Source of the DNA: an uncultured virus (IMG/VR IMGVR_UViG_3300042389_001675)
Taxonomy: Duplodnaviria; Heunggongvirae; Uroviricota; Caudoviricetes
Strand: one strand, 5' to 3'
IMG/VR virus record: IMGVR_UViG_3300042389_001675
DNA length: 64,000 nt
The notes beneath the pieces are model-generated. The model was given only the letters and a program-made list of their open reading frames with translations, made no database searches and had not been told where the DNA came from. Within the stretch, counting starts at the first letter, position 1. Each line of letters starts with the position of its first letter. This document shows positions 31,335 through 42,279 of the stretch, piece after piece. The translations under genes were made by a program, and so were the position numbers.

Positions 31335-34136
31335 TCAAACCACCAGGTGCAGTTCGATGTTATTGAGCGCATAGGGCACTGTGAGAACCACATAAGCCAC
31401 ATAGCGATCTTTAAACACTTCCGACACGAAGAACCGATCGACCGTCGCGTCAATCAGCTGGCCGCCAAGCTGAGGGGTTACCCGCTCAGTTTTCAGCGTA
31501 CGAATCAACTTGTCCATGCCGCCCAGAATGATGTCACGCATGGTTGGTGTTACGTTGGACACCCCGATAAACGGTGCGAAATAGTCCTTGAATCGATAGC
31601 TGATGCTGTCGACGTTACGGACGATCATTTCTTCCCGCTGATTCAGGTCAACATAATCACCGGTTGTCACGGCATGCCGCGTGAAAATCTCACCGCTGGC
31701 CTGCTGCTGCACAATCCAGACACCACGCACGGCCATGGAATCCAGCTGCGGCTTGTTGAACTTGTTGTTCGTGCGCTGCGTGCTGGAAAAACCGTTGACA
31801 GTTACGTGAGTCAAGCCCTGCTGTGGCAGCACGGCCGACGTCAGACCGGCCAGTGCGCAGTTGAGGAAGTAACCTTCCTGCACGGTACCGGCGGATTCAA
31901 TGCGATCTGGCCAGGTAGCCCGAACGCGGCGATCGCTGTAGGCTCCGGCCACCATACCGATTTGAATTGCTTCTTCGGTTGCGGATAGATTTCGCCAGAC
32001 TTCGATCTTGGACGGAATCGGTTGTGGTGCGGCCGGGCCAGTCTTCAGCCGAAGCTGATTTTCCGACTGGACGGAATCCACCACAAATTCACTGTAGGTG
32101 TAATTGCCGAAACCGTCGCCAGCGTACAGTGCCCGCACGATGTCGCCTGGGCGAACGTCGTTTGTGACAAACTTGGAGTTGGCTGCCGGTACCGCACAGA
32201 TGGTGTACTGGGTACCGCTGGTATTCACGTCATCCGCAAACGTAGCCAAGGCGGGCAAACCATCCGAAGTTGTAGCTTCGGTATAGTTAGGAATGTCCGA
32301 TCCCGCCGCTACGATGGGGATTTCCGGCATACCGGCCAGGTTAAACCAGGCAACACGCCAGAGACCTTCATTCGCCGCCGAAGCACTGTTCACGTGAGCC
32401 TGATACAGACCTAACACGGTGGGATTACGTGTCAGTGGTACCAGACCATAGGCATCGTCGCGCGACAGTAGCGTCGATAGTACGTCATCCCATGCATCCA
32501 CGTCGTCCGGGTTAAGGACTGCCGTATAAAGCACTGGGGTGCCGTTGCTGTTGGTCAGTGCCTTGTAAACACCCCACTTCAGCGGGTTATCCGGATGCAG
32601 CGGACCGGAAATGGCATCCAGGTTGGCCACGTCGCTCAGGCTGTTCACCTGATTGATCAGCGTCGGTAACCAGGCACGATATTCCACATAAAGCGTGCCG
32701 TAACCCAGGTCAGCCGAACTGAGTACGTCCAGCGGTAAAGCCACCCCACTATCCGTCCATGTGCTGTCGTAGGCGACAATACCGGACTTGATAGTGATCT
32801 CGGTTTCTGACTGTTCCCAGTTGGTTAGCGGAGCCATACCAGTCCGGTTGGCCGGAATCTGCAACAGCGGTTTGCGGATGTAGAGATCAACGCTGACCTC
32901 GTCACCTCCGTCAAACGTGCTGTCCAGGCTTTGCCCCAGCACAATCGTGCGCACCGGACCGGAGCTGATTCCCGTCACAGGAATATAGAACCGATCGCCT
33001 TTCCGCAGACCAGTCGCATTACCGCCGAACGAAACAACCAGGCCACGAGTGCCGATTGTGATGTCAGTGGCCAGTGCAGGTACGACCGTCGGTCCGGACT
33101 GGTCGATGCCGTTGGTGGTCGTTACCGTGATTTCTGCCGTACCAAACGCACCACCCTTAGACACAGTGACAATGTAGGTCGTATCGGCTGTGCTGTCGTA
33201 AGTGCTTTCGGTTGCGTTTGCCGTTGTTGCGGTAAACGCCTGCTGCACGGTGACTGTAAACTCGTCCCCGGCGATAAGATTACAACCTGAACCTACCAGA
33301 TTATCGAACGTAACGGTAAGACCACGTGTGCCGATTGCCGTTGGCGTCTCAATGGCGGCAGGCGTCACCGCCACCTGATTATCGGTACCGCTGGCCGAAA
33401 TGACCTGCAGTTGTGCAGTCGGCAACACCCCACCAGTTGAACTGTCCGTGACGCGAATTGTATAGGTTTCGGTCAGGTAACCCGACGGCAAGCCGTTGTA
33501 AAGCGTACCGTTTGCCGCCGTAATGCCAATACAACCCGTGTTATCTTCACTGTTGGTGTAGTCGACATCCGCTGACTGGTTTGCTGAGTTGTTACTGTAC
33601 GCCGTGGCTGCGCCAATTGTCGCATCAACAGAATCCGCGGTGAGTGACTTAACGTAAGTCCACAGCGTAATCGGCTCGTTTTCGGTGCCAGGACCGGTCG
33701 GTGTCCCTCGCACACGCACTACGTCGCCTACCTGCACATCCCGGTCATACAGAACGGCGTCGCGAGCGTAAGCCCCATTAGACACAAAATTGGTGGCGTC
33801 TGCACGCACCTGATTGGACTGCGCCGAGACCACGGAGATCGTATCACCTGCGGAAAGCGCGTCGCTATAGTAATGTAGCAACGCATTCTGCATGTAGAGT
33901 TTGGTGTAACTCGAATCAATCACCGCACCGGTTTCCCGGTTCGGCCAGAGCACGGGTGTATCCACGCCGTTGCTGTAGAGCCCGATCAACCCAAACGGAC
34001 GTTCGTCGGTTTCGGCATAACGCACCAGCTGGGCATGCCCGCCGGAAATGTGCGCCGAAAGCGGATTGGCTGCAACAGCGGGCTGTGCAACAAAATCCTG
34101 AAAAACAAGAACTTGAGGAAGAACGTATGTCGCCAT
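31335..34136 (-). CDS. Contractile tail sheath protein
   Basis: 933 aa; N-terminal YVLPQVLVFQ; C-terminal REEMIVRNVDSI...VPYALNNIELHLVV typical of sheath C-termini. Confidence 0.88.
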   Translation of the reverse strand: MATYVLPQVLVFQDFVAQPAVAANPLSAHISGGHAQLVRYAETDERPFGLIGLYSNGVDTPVLWPNRETGAVIDSSYTKLYMQNALLHYYSDALSAGDTISVVSAQSNQVRADATNFVSNGAYARDAVLYDRDVQVGDVVRVRGTPTGPGTENEPITLWTYVKSLTADSVDATIGAATAYSNNSANQSADVDYTNSEDNTGCIGITAANGTLYNGLPSGYLTETYTIRVTDSSTGGVLPTAQLQVISASGTDNQVAVTPAAIETPTAIGTRGLTVTFDNLVGSGCNLIAGDEFTVTVQQAFTATTANATESTYDSTADTTYIVTVSKGGAFGTAEITVTTTNGIDQSGPTVVPALATDITIGTRGLVVSFGGNATGLRKGDRFYIPVTGISSGPVRTIVLGQSLDSTFDGGDEVSVDLYIRKPLLQIPANRTGMAPLTNWEQSETEITIKSGIVAYDSTWTDSGVALPLDVLSSADLGYGTLYVEYRAWLPTLINQVNSLSDVANLDAISGPLHPDNPLKWGVYKALTNSNGTPVLYTAVLNPDDVDAWDDVLSTLLSRDDAYGLVPLTRNPTVLGLYQAHVNSASAANEGLWRVAWFNLAGMPEIPIVAAGSDIPNYTEATTSDGLPALATFADDVNTSGTQYTICAVPAANSKFVTNDVRPGDIVRALYAGDGFGNYTYSEFVVDSVQSENQLRLKTGPAAPQPIPSKIEVWRNLSATEEAIQIGMVAGAYSDRRVRATWPDRIESAGTVQEGYFLNCALAGLTSAVLPQQGLTHVTVNGFSSTQRTNNKFNKPQLDSMAVRGVWIVQQQASGEIFTRHAVTTGDYVDLNQREEMIVRNVDSISYRFKDYFAPFIGVSNVTPTMRDIILGGMDKLIRTLKTERVTPQLGGQLIDATVDRFFVSEVFKDRYVAYVVLTVPYALNNIELHLVV

Positions 34137-34170
34137 CTTGGCTGGCCTCCCTTGCCAATTGTGCTAAAAA

Positions 34171-34890
34171 TCAGGGGCCTTGAAATGGTGTACTCAGACT
34201 GATGTGATCACCAAACAGGCCAGACATCGGTATACTTTGAAGCGGCAGTGATTCCAGACGCAGTTCCCAGATGTGCTCATAGCCCCATCCGATCGTGATT
34301 GGAACCACCAAATTTTCACGAGATTCTTCAAGCTCTTGAATAGCCCCGACTTCGGTTACTGAGAACTGTCTCAGTCCAAGCTGCTGGCGAATCGGTAACA
34401 GAAATGCAGTGAGATGTCCCATGATTTCTGCGGCCAGTAGCTCTGTTGAAGCACCCGTACCGTGGATGCAGAAAAGAGTGTGTGACCCTACAAAGAGAGT
34501 CTGATGGCGGCTGATCGCACCCTTTTCGTTTTCATATGCCTCCATGCCCGCGCCAAAAATCTGCCCGCCGAAACCGACTTGCATATTTTTGAAGGTATTA
34601 CGCTTGATCATGACTGCCGGACGTTTTTCCACCAGGTCAGCCCGATAGCGATGTACGCTTTCAATTAATATACCGGAGGTCGGTTGCTCACTCCATATGT
34701 ACTGTTTTAACTCCGGTGTGATGATATTTTTCGGGTCCGACCACTGCCGTACCAGCAGGTCGCGCAGGAAGCCGGTAATCAACAGTGGCTGCCAGCCGTT
34801 TTCACACAGATAGCTGGGAGAAAATGTACTCTGAGGCTGACATGCATCTTTATCAGGCGGGGTACCGGCAGGCGGACACCAGGAACTCAT
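34171..34890 (-). CDS. Putative tail terminator/completion protein
   Basis: 239 aa, KRPAVMIKR motif, immediately upstream of the sheath. Confidence 0.6.
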   Translation of the reverse strand: MSSWCPPAGTPPDKDACQPQSTFSPSYLCENGWQPLLITGFLRDLLVRQWSDPKNIITPELKQYIWSEQPTSGILIESVHRYRADLVEKRPAVMIKRNTFKNMQVGFGGQIFGAGMEAYENEKGAISRHQTLFVGSHTLFCIHGTGASTELLAAEIMGHLTAFLLPIRQQLGLRQFSVTEVGAIQELEESRENLVVPITIGWGYEHIWELRLESLPLQSIPMSGLFGDHISLSTPFQGP

Positions 34891-34894
34891 GGGT

Positions 34895-35131
34895 TTAACC
34901 TCGACCTGTGATGTGCAGATAAATTTTCAGCGGATCGACATCCCAGCGTTCCATGTTCAAACGCGTAATCATGGGATTACGTCTGGGCGATGCGGCAAGA
35001 TTTGGTTCTGTTTTTGCGCTGCCCATGTAAGGAACAGGGGGTCGTTCTGCGGTCGAGCGCAGCGGTGCCCGCGGTAATGCGGCGGCATTCAGGGTTGAAG
35101 TCGGAGCCAGCGAACGCGGAATATGTAACAT
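34895..35131 (-). CDS. Small hypothetical protein
   Basis: Fills the gap exactly; GAGGT RBS. Confidence 0.6.
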   Translation of the reverse strand: MLHIPRSLAPTSTLNAAALPRAPLRSTAERPPVPYMGSAKTEPNLAASPRRNPMITRLNMERWDVDPLKIYLHITGRG

Positions 35132-35138
35132 GGTTACC

Positions 35139-36131
35139 TCAGCAATGTTGTTGCAGCCAGGCGTCCTGCTGCGGGATTGCGATGTTGTAAATTACGTCAG
35201 TGTAAGGCGCCGGGCGTAGTTCTACATTAGCGACCAACGGTACACCCCGGATTTCCGCCACGTCTTGAATGGATTCGATGTAATAGCGATCGTCTGTTTT
35301 CCGGCTGATCCAGACATCCTTCTCTTCAATCAGCGGCAACATCAGCATTCGTCCGGTAATCACAATATCTCGGACTGTACCGCGCATACCTTCATTATCC
35401 AACTGACGACGGCGTGTCAGCGGAGACAAATCCGCCCAGACGCAGCCGATCGGATAGTAGTAACCGCATTCTTTACCCGTCCCCCAACACTGCGGGCAGT
35501 ACGGATCTTTTACTTCCATGGTCTGCAGATCCAGGCAACGCGGACAGTTGTTCCCGGTAATCCGCCGCTTGAGTAGATAGCCGTCCTGAGTGGCGTAACG
35601 AAATCGCAGCCGTTCCTTGCGAATAATCTCGTGGGCCAGCCGCCAATCACGTAGGTTTAAGATCCCCGCCTTGGCAGTCGGTTCGGAGTAGTACGTGGCA
35701 ACCGGGGTTACCAGCTTGATGCGGTAATGGGCATCCTGGCCGCCCTTGGAATAATTACGCTTTTCCGGATCAATCATGTAGCAGGAATTGGTCATCGGTA
35801 AGCCGACGTTCGTCCAATCATCTGCATCCTGATTCGCGGTACGTCCGGCCTGCAGCTGAAACATCCAGGGTTGCGGGTCGTTGAACTTTTCCCGCAGCGT
35901 CCACATCACACGGGTACCGCCTCGAATCAGGTAAGAGACGTGTACCATCTCAAAGACGTTTTCACAGGCAGACGGACAAGGCGCGGCTTCGCAGGTAGCG
36001 AAGAAGTTGGCATTGGCCACCGTGGCACTCGGCACAATGGGTACCGGAGTAGCCTCCAGACACGTTTCACAATAATCCGCGTTTTCGGTGTTAGGTCGCG
36101 GTGCAAGTGTTGCTGGCATCCCTTCCAACAT
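35139..36131 (-). CDS. Putative head-closure/neck protein with Zn-finger insertion
   Basis: CPRC..CPQCWGTG; C-terminal DVWI..DDRYYIESI beta-barrel pattern. Confidence 0.6.
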   Translation of the reverse strand: MLEGMPATLAPRPNTENADYCETCLEATPVPIVPSATVANANFFATCEAAPCPSACENVFEMVHVSYLIRGGTRVMWTLREKFNDPQPWMFQLQAGRTANQDADDWTNVGLPMTNSCYMIDPEKRNYSKGGQDAHYRIKLVTPVATYYSEPTAKAGILNLRDWRLAHEIIRKERLRFRYATQDGYLLKRRITGNNCPRCLDLQTMEVKDPYCPQCWGTGKECGYYYPIGCVWADLSPLTRRRQLDNEGMRGTVRDIVITGRMLMLPLIEEKDVWISRKTDDRYYIESIQDVAEIRGVPLVANVELRPAPYTDVIYNIAIPQQDAWLQQHC

Positions 36132-36148
36132 GGGCAGAACTCCTGTGA

Positions 36149-37132
36149 TCAGGTGTAGAACATGCCAGAGTACGGTGAACCGATCGAGCCGCTGAAAAGC
36201 GCGATATTGATTTCCATTTTTTTAGCTCGCAGCATTTCTCGAAACTGCTGTGTAAGCAGCGTGCTGGTGGCGCGATACTGCTGTTCTTTATTTTTATCAT
36301 CCACCGCCACACCCCCGGCGTTATAGGCCAGCTGATTGCGGCGGTAATGGCTGGCAACCATATCAAACAGGTAAGACTGAATCCCCAGCAGCCACATTTC
36401 ACGAAACGGAAAAGTTTTCGTGGTCAGCAGCGGGTTAATTGGCGGCGGTGTTTCATTCCAGTACTGAATAGGTCGGGTCACCGCCTGCGCAATCTCGGCG
36501 GCATCGAATTCGAAGTCATCCAGCAGTACGTTATCCGCCGGTGCGTTATCCCGCATGGCCAGCCGGATCTCTTCGATCGAAGGTGGCCCCAGGTTGCGCT
36601 TATTGATATCCGGGTTCACCCCAAACAGACCGCGGCGTACGAACGTGCAGCACTGGTTAGAAAACAGCATATTGCCGCTGGGGTCGAAAAAAGCCCATTC
36701 TTCCAGGTAAACACCCGGGTGACGCGTAATGGCGGCAGGCAGCGGATTGGCGCGAACCAGGCCGGAAGCGGCATCAATGATCGTGACAGGAATGGAGTGA
36801 ATTTTGTCCTGTAATGGATCGTAACCCGTGATTTCACGGATGCGCAGCACAGGACCGCAGCCCGGTGTGTCGATCAAATCAAAATTTTCACCGGAAGCGC
36901 TATCCGTGCTGCAGTTATCCAGACAGTCGTGCAGATTGACAAATTCGCCCTGCGGAGATTTGAAATTCCACAACAACCTGGCATTTTGTGCCATCTGGAC
37001 TTCGTGACATTGCAGTTTAGGTAAAACCGGGCAACCGTCTACCACCGTCTGCTTCGGGCGTATGGCATTCTGCGCTTCGCAGTTAAAATCAGGTACGACC
37101 GGTTCATTTTGTGTGGTCGCGTTTAGCGGCAT
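36149..37132 (-). CDS. Putative head-tail adaptor/neck protein
   Basis: IRLAMRD..NVLLD..RNQLAYNAGGVAVDD helical C-domain; neck synteny. Confidence 0.6.
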   Translation of the reverse strand: MPLNATTQNEPVVPDFNCEAQNAIRPKQTVVDGCPVLPKLQCHEVQMAQNARLLWNFKSPQGEFVNLHDCLDNCSTDSASGENFDLIDTPGCGPVLRIREITGYDPLQDKIHSIPVTIIDAASGLVRANPLPAAITRHPGVYLEEWAFFDPSGNMLFSNQCCTFVRRGLFGVNPDINKRNLGPPSIEEIRLAMRDNAPADNVLLDDFEFDAAEIAQAVTRPIQYWNETPPPINPLLTTKTFPFREMWLLGIQSYLFDMVASHYRRNQLAYNAGGVAVDDKNKEQQYRATSTLLTQQFREMLRAKKMEINIALFSGSIGSPYSGMFYT

Positions 37133-37136
37133 GACA

Positions 37137-38048
37137 TTACTCCACAGTCAGGCTGTAAGCATTGGGACCAACAGCATTTTTCTTAAAACAGTGCAGCACA
37201 TACTGCCCAGGCAGGAGCATCATGGGCTGGGTCCAGTTACCGCTGGCATCCTGTTCGGTTGAAGCCACGGCATTACCCTGCAAATGATTGCCACTGTTGT
37301 AGACATCAGCCGTAAAAGCCAGGATAGTGGCACCAGCCACCGGTTTGTTGTTAAGCCGATAGACCAGGTTGTTTTGCCCCTGGTAATGCTGATCGACGCG
37401 AACAGGTTTTGCCGGTTTACGTAAGCTTAACGCACCCCGCAGTTCGGCCAGACCTAAGCCGGATTGGCTCAGTGGGATAATCTCGATGTCCGCAGGATCA
37501 AGTGCCGCAGTCAGTTTCCATTCGTCCGGCCCGGCAATACCTGCACGGTAATAACGCAACACGTAGTCTTGCGGATCCAGGTAAAACGCAATAGCCCAGG
37601 TGCCGTCGACCGTCTGTCGTGTGCTGTTGATGCGGTAATTGCCGTCACGATTTCCGGCCATGTAGTCAGAATACAGAAACAGCTCGATCGAAGCGTCTGC
37701 CACTGGTATGCCGTTTAAGGCGTAAATCAGCGCACCGGTACCACCGTAATCCTGGTTCACCAGGATCTTGCTGGGGTCCGTTGCCGGATTGCTGAGATAG
37801 TCCAGTTCCCACCATTCGTCGGCCAGCAGGTAGCTGCCTGTACCCTTGCGAAGCATAACCCGACCGTAGGGGTCATAGATATCAACAACGTAATCACCAT
37901 TGGGAACGGCACTTAAATCGAAGTTGTAAAGCGTATCGCGACCAGTCACCACGGTACCAAAAATCCGTGGATTAATCTGTGTGCTGTTGGCTCGTGTGTA
38001 TAGCTGTAGTTCCGGTTCCCGGTTTGGTGGTAACGTCAGTTGCAGCAT
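37137..38048 (-). CDS. Virion protein with two tandem prealbumin/carboxypeptidase-regulatory-like beta domains
   Basis: Internal duplication LIYALNGIPVADASI..GTW..LDPQDYVL / LVYRLNNKPVAGATI..GNW..LLPGQYVL. Confidence 0.6.
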   Translation of the reverse strand: MLQLTLPPNREPELQLYTRANSTQINPRIFGTVVTGRDTLYNFDLSAVPNGDYVVDIYDPYGRVMLRKGTGSYLLADEWWELDYLSNPATDPSKILVNQDYGGTGALIYALNGIPVADASIELFLYSDYMAGNRDGNYRINSTRQTVDGTWAIAFYLDPQDYVLRYYRAGIAGPDEWKLTAALDPADIEIIPLSQSGLGLAELRGALSLRKPAKPVRVDQHYQGQNNLVYRLNNKPVAGATILAFTADVYNSGNHLQGNAVASTEQDASGNWTQPMMLLPGQYVLHCFKKNAVGPNAYSLTVE

Positions 38049-38054
38049 GGGGCT

Positions 38055-39680
38055 TTAACCTCGCAGCAGGTTGAGATAGTTTTTGATATCTCCATTTGGC
38101 ATGGACACCAGTTGAAACAACTCCGGATGTTTCAAGGCCAAGCCAGAAAAGATAGCTTCCTCTGTGCCGATAAATCCGGCGGCGAGGGATTGATCCAGAA
38201 ATTCATTGTACCGTGGATACACGGCATTAATGGAGTCAAGCGTGCCACCAAAGAGCGTGGCCCGGCAGACAAAATCCGGAATTTGACCGCAAAGTTGCTG
38301 AAATCCGGCACACGCGTAACCATGCATTTCAGTTTCACAGCGGTACGGAAAACGTGTCATGAAGAACTGCTCCGGCATCTCGTGCAGACGGCAGCGTGCA
38401 ATCGAGGCAATATTAAAGCTCTTACAGATTCCGGCATCGATCCAGTAAAACCGGCGTGCGCGGAAAGTTTTGGCTTGAGCGCAGCGGATCAGGCAGTGTA
38501 GCTTGAACAAGGTTAAACCGATGTAATCCGGTGACCGGATGATACTGTGCTGCATCCAGGCCGCCTGATTTTGCCATTCAGGTCGACTGCAGATCTCGGC
38601 AATCCGGGGAAATTCCGGTTGCTGCCGGATGACCTGCGGATCCAGTGGAATTACCTGTATGGGTTTTCCGCCGGTGCGGGCCAGCAGCAATTCGTAATAG
38701 CGGTTATCGACAAAGATGACGAGGGGGTAGTTCAGCTCCAGCAGTTTATCCAACCCGCTGACGTAGTGTTCCATGAAGTTGCGCTGATCGTGCACTTCCC
38801 GGTTGATGTCCAGCAAACCGGTAACCAGAACAAGTTCGTGGCTGCGGAGCATGGGATCCGGTGTCCGCAACGCGAGTGCCATGGAGTCCATAGCGCGGTA
38901 ATCCAGGGCCGGAAAAAAACGATGCGGTAAGAGTTCCCGCGGATAAAGCGTCTCTGGCGTATCACCTTCCCGGGTACGTTTATGCGCCATCAGACTTTCA
39001 TGGTCGCCCAGATGCAGCACATAACGATCCTTGAGAAAAACGCCACGGAGCCCCAGGGAGTAGAATTTACGATCCACATTCCATTCGGTGTAGAACTGCT
39101 CCACCCGCCCGAGCAGAATCAGGTCTTCACGTCGTTTCAAGTTGGGACTGCCGTGCCAGCAAAACCAGTGCAAATGGCTGGGAGAGATTTGCCAGGGGCG
39201 CTTATAGAAGTAAGCGTCTTCCACCAGTTCCGGGGTGTACGAGTCGTAACCTTCCTCTTCAAACGTGCGCCAGGAAAGGTCGACCGAACCAATATGCCGA
39301 TGTTTTTCCAGGATTTCTTTGCTGCGCTGCAGATAACCTGGGCGGTTATCATCCGGCTGGGTGAGGAACAACCAGTCCTCTTCCAGGTAAAAAATATAAG
39401 GCGTGTGGCAAAAGGATGTCATGAAATCCTTGGCCCACCATAGCCCGCGATTTTCGGGAAAACAGACAATATCGGCAAGGTGGCCATAGTCAGCCACCAG
39501 CCGATCGAAAACTTCCGGTATGCCGCTGTCGTCGACAATCACCAGTTTTGTCACAAGATCCCGGGTTGCCAGAAACGAATCCATCGTGCGTCGTAGCAGA
39601 TGGAGCCGATTGCAACTAATGACAAACGTGGTAATGTCGCTTTCCGGTTGGTCAATCGTGTGAACTTGCAGTTTGCCCAC
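38055..39680 (-). CDS. Bifunctional GT2-like plus HtrL/YibB-like glycosyltransferase
   Basis: VISCNR..IVDDSG..YLEEDW; second domain [23 protein letters not shown]. Start uncertain (GTG 39680 preferred). Confidence 0.8.
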   Translation of the reverse strand: MGKLQVHTIDQPESDITTFVISCNRLHLLRRTMDSFLATRDLVTKLVIVDDSGIPEVFDRLVADYGHLADIVCFPENRGLWWAKDFMTSFCHTPYIFYLEEDWLFLTQPDDNRPGYLQRSKEILEKHRHIGSVDLSWRTFEEEGYDSYTPELVEDAYFYKRPWQISPSHLHWFCWHGSPNLKRREDLILLGRVEQFYTEWNVDRKFYSLGLRGVFLKDRYVLHLGDHESLMAHKRTREGDTPETLYPRELLPHRFFPALDYRAMDSMALALRTPDPMLRSHELVLVTGLLDINREVHDQRNFMEHYVSGLDKLLELNYPLVIFVDNRYYELLLARTGGKPIQVIPLDPQVIRQQPEFPRIAEICSRPEWQNQAAWMQHSIIRSPDYIGLTLFKLHCLIRCAQAKTFRARRFYWIDAGICKSFNIASIARCRLHEMPEQFFMTRFPYRCETEMHGYACAGFQQLCGQIPDFVCRATLFGGTLDSINAVYPRYNEFLDQSLAAGFIGTEEAIFSGLALKHPELFQLVSMPNGDIKNYLNLLRG

Positions 39681-41295
39681 GGATAAATACTCGAAGATTG
39701 TTGGTGAACCAGAGCAGATACTGATCCTGCTGTACCGCGGCAATCAGCTGCTGTTCCAGCTGCGTATCCCGCTTCCAGCCTTGACTGAAGAATTTTTGCT
39801 GCCAATAGCCAGGTAACTGGCAATTAATATGTCCGTGCCCGCCCTGTCCGGGCTGAGCTGCTGTCCAAATCAATATGCCGTCCTCTGCCACGTTCCGTGT
39901 CAGGCTGTCCACAATCAGATCCGCCTTTTCAGCTTCAATGTGTTCGGCTACTTCCAGGCAGAGTGCAATTTCGGCAGGTGGATCCAGCTGTAAGTCAAAC
40001 AGGCTCTGTTGTGTCAGGTTAGGTTTGTTTTTGACCCGATCGTCAATATCGTAACCGTGGGCATCTTCACCCAGCTCCGTAAGTGCATCTACGTAAATGC
40101 CAGGGCCGCAGCCGATATCCACGACCTTGCGGCCGGTGAACTGGGTGTGGATAAACTTGCCAATGCTTTTCGCCATGGGCGTTTCTTCGGCAATAATCGT
40201 CTGGTAGTCGCACGGAATCCCGATCTGGTACCAGCCTTTACCGATGTGTACGTTCATCACATCCTGAAAGTATTTTTCATAAAGCGGGGCAATGTTTTCC
40301 AGGGAAAACTTGGTAGCAAACGCCCGGCAGACTTCCGGCTTAATTTGATCGACCGACTGCGCAGCCTGCACGAAATCAGCAAAAGTCCGACAACGGAAAC
40401 CCGTCACGCCGTGCGGATTGTTTTCGGTAAACGCGCCCCAGTCCGTAGTAATTGTCGGCGTACCGGACAACAGATTCTCTACCTGAACGCCCCCAAACGG
40501 CTCTACGTACATACTGGGGACAAAACTGGCCTTGGCTCGACTCATCAACCGTTTACGGGTTTCCAGGTCGGCATAGCCGACGTATTCCACGTGCGGCGGC
40601 AGCGCATAACCTTCCTCTTTCTGTCCGGCAATAATCAGCTTGGCGCCCAGGTGTTGTGTTACCTGAATTGCAACATTGACTCCCTTGCCGTCGTACACCC
40701 GGCCAAGGTAAAGGAAGTAATCGTCTTTTTGATCCGAGTAAGTAAATTCATTCAGATCAAAGTAGTTCGGGATTACCGTGTCGTACCAATCCTGCGCACA
40801 GGTACCGACAGCATGCAGGCCGTAATAGGCGTGGTAGATGGCATAGGATTCAAACACCTTCCAGCGTGCCCAGTGTCCTCCGGCGTAACCGATGCCGGGC
40901 TCCACGCAGATCATGTCCGGATGTGCGTCGCACACCGGCCGAACCCCGGCACCCCAGAACGGCAGGATAAAGTCGCGATGACGTTTGCGTTTGCCGACCT
41001 CATGGATGGCGTTACGGTAGAACGTCTGGTACGCGTGGTCATTGATGTCAAACTTGAAAAAGTTCTTTTTCCAGTCGTAAGAACCGTACGCAAGTTCCAG
41101 ATCACGATTGGTAGTGACGGTCACATGTTCATGACAATCGAGATCAGAATCCTCGTGACCGTAGTGAATGATTTCATGCCCGCGAGCCTTCATCATCTTG
41201 GCAAATTTAACTACTTTTTGCGTGTATGCACACGCAATGTATTCCTTGTTTGATACGGTGTGCGGCAAGCCCAGCAGGTGAAAACGGAAACCCAT
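39652..41295 (-). CDS. GT4 (GT-B) glycosyltransferase fused to a class I SAM methyltransferase
   Basis: [35 protein letters not shown]-terminal [21 protein letters not shown]. Confidence 0.9.
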   Translation of the reverse strand: MGFRFHLLGLPHTVSNKEYIACAYTQKVVKFAKMMKARGHEIIHYGHEDSDLDCHEHVTVTTNRDLELAYGSYDWKKNFFKFDINDHAYQTFYRNAIHEVGKRKRHRDFILPFWGAGVRPVCDAHPDMICVEPGIGYAGGHWARWKVFESYAIYHAYYGLHAVGTCAQDWYDTVIPNYFDLNEFTYSDQKDDYFLYLGRVYDGKGVNVAIQVTQHLGAKLIIAGQKEEGYALPPHVEYVGYADLETRKRLMSRAKASFVPSMYVEPFGGVQVENLLSGTPTITTDWGAFTENNPHGVTGFRCRTFADFVQAAQSVDQIKPEVCRAFATKFSLENIAPLYEKYFQDVMNVHIGKGWYQIGIPCDYQTIIAEETPMAKSIGKFIHTQFTGRKVVDIGCGPGIYVDALTELGEDAHGYDIDDRVKNKPNLTQQSLFDLQLDPPAEIALCLEVAEHIEAEKADLIVDSLTRNVAEDGILIWTAAQPGQGGHGHINCQLPGYWQQKFFSQGWKRDTQLEQQLIAAVQQDQYLLWFTNNLRVFIRGQTASSHD

Positions 41296-41309
41296 GTGCA
41301 ATCCTTTCC

Positions 41310-41362
41310 AGTAAGTGCGAATGACCGCACTTACTATACTGGTTTTAATTCCGGATTTTAAG
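41310..41362 (-). promoter_or_regulatory. Possible promoter/operator upstream of the GT4 gene
   Basis: Minus strand TTAAAA-17 bp-TATAGT spanning the dispersed palindrome, overlapped by the inverted repeat AGTAAGTGCG/CGCACTTACT. Confidence 0.35.
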
Positions 41363-41379
41363 TCACTGCTGGCGGTAAC

Positions 41380-42279
41380 TCAAATTAAGCCGCCCGTACC
41401 GTTACCAGTTAAGTTACTAGAAATTGATGTAGTGCCGTTACGGGTATCACCAAAATCTACGACAGTCACGTTACCGGTGGTGTTACCCAAATCTGAGTCT
41501 GACGTATTTCCGGTAATATCTACCGACTCGGTAATTGTGCCGTTGCCCGTAATGTTACCGGTATCTGTAATGTTGCCTGTGTCCGTAATGTTACCGGTAT
41601 CTGTAATGTTGCCTATGTCTGTGATATTACTGGTATCTGTAATGTTGCCTGTGTCCGTAATGTTACCGGTATCTGTAATGTTGCCTGTGTCCGTGATATT
41701 ACCAGTGTCCGTACCATTACCCGTATCAGGCAGTGGTGGTTCCGGGGGTGGCGCCCACAAGGCAGGCAAGCTACCAATCCACTCTTGCACGGTCGGCAGC
41801 GGTGTTGTGCCTGCGGTTACACCCGCAATCAAGTCACTGAATTCCTGCCAGATTTGATCACGGTAAGCCGCCGCTTCGTTGGCTTCGTCCTGATAGGTAG
41901 AGATACCTGAGAGCTTCCAGCTGGTTGCCGAGAGAATGCTGTCGTACTGGCGGTGCTGGACCTGGCGGTCCAGAAACGGACTAATTGCGCGCCCAATTTC
42001 CGCCAGTCGGCGTTCCGCGAACTGCTGCTGTTCTTCGGGCGTCAATTCAACGACGGACCATAGCTGGTTGACCGCAGCGCCAGTAAATTCAAGTATTTCT
42101 ACTAACTTTTGCGTGGTATCGGTATAGCTCGGTACGGCCGCCGCGTTAAACGGATACCAGTCGTATTGGCTTAATACCTCAGGCGGAAGCAGGTAAAAGT
42201 TGCTGATATTCTGATAATGCTGCGGCAGCTCCGTAGGCGCCCCGATAGCACCACTCACGACAAGGCAGTAACGACTCAT
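41380..42279 (-). CDS. Tail-fibre-assembly-like protein with low-complexity N-x-T-rich tail
   Basis: Start ATG 42279 (ATGA overlap); RQYDSILSATSW..EANEAAAYRDQIW resembles fibre chaperones; (DTGNIT)n tail. Confidence 0.7.
   Translation of the reverse strand: MSRYCLVVSGAIGAPTELPQHYQNISNFYLLPPEVLSQYDWYPFNAAAVPSYTDTTQKLVEILEFTGAAVNQLWSVVELTPEEQQQFAERRLAEIGRAISPFLDRQVQHRQYDSILSATSWKLSGISTYQDEANEAAAYRDQIWQEFSDLIAGVTAGTTPLPTVQEWIGSLPALWAPPPEPPLPDTGNGTDTGNITDTGNITDTGNITDTGNITDTSNITDIGNITDTGNITDTGNITDTGNITGNGTITESVDITGNTSDSDLGNTTGNVTVVDFGDTRNGTTSISSNLTGNGTGGLI
41548..41727. repeat. 18-bp tandem repeat x10 encoding DTGNIT-type hexapeptides
   Basis: Ten units read directly, with synonymous variation and a few non-synonymous changes. 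Confidence 0.95.

Noticed and set aside
15353..34136. Extracellular contractile injection system, tailocin or T6SS
   Set aside because: Contiguous with capsid, scaffold, protease and neck genes, so it is a phage tail.
40009..41253. 414-aa plus-strand ORF
   Set aside because: Antisense shadow of the GT4-MTase gene with no recognisable motifs.
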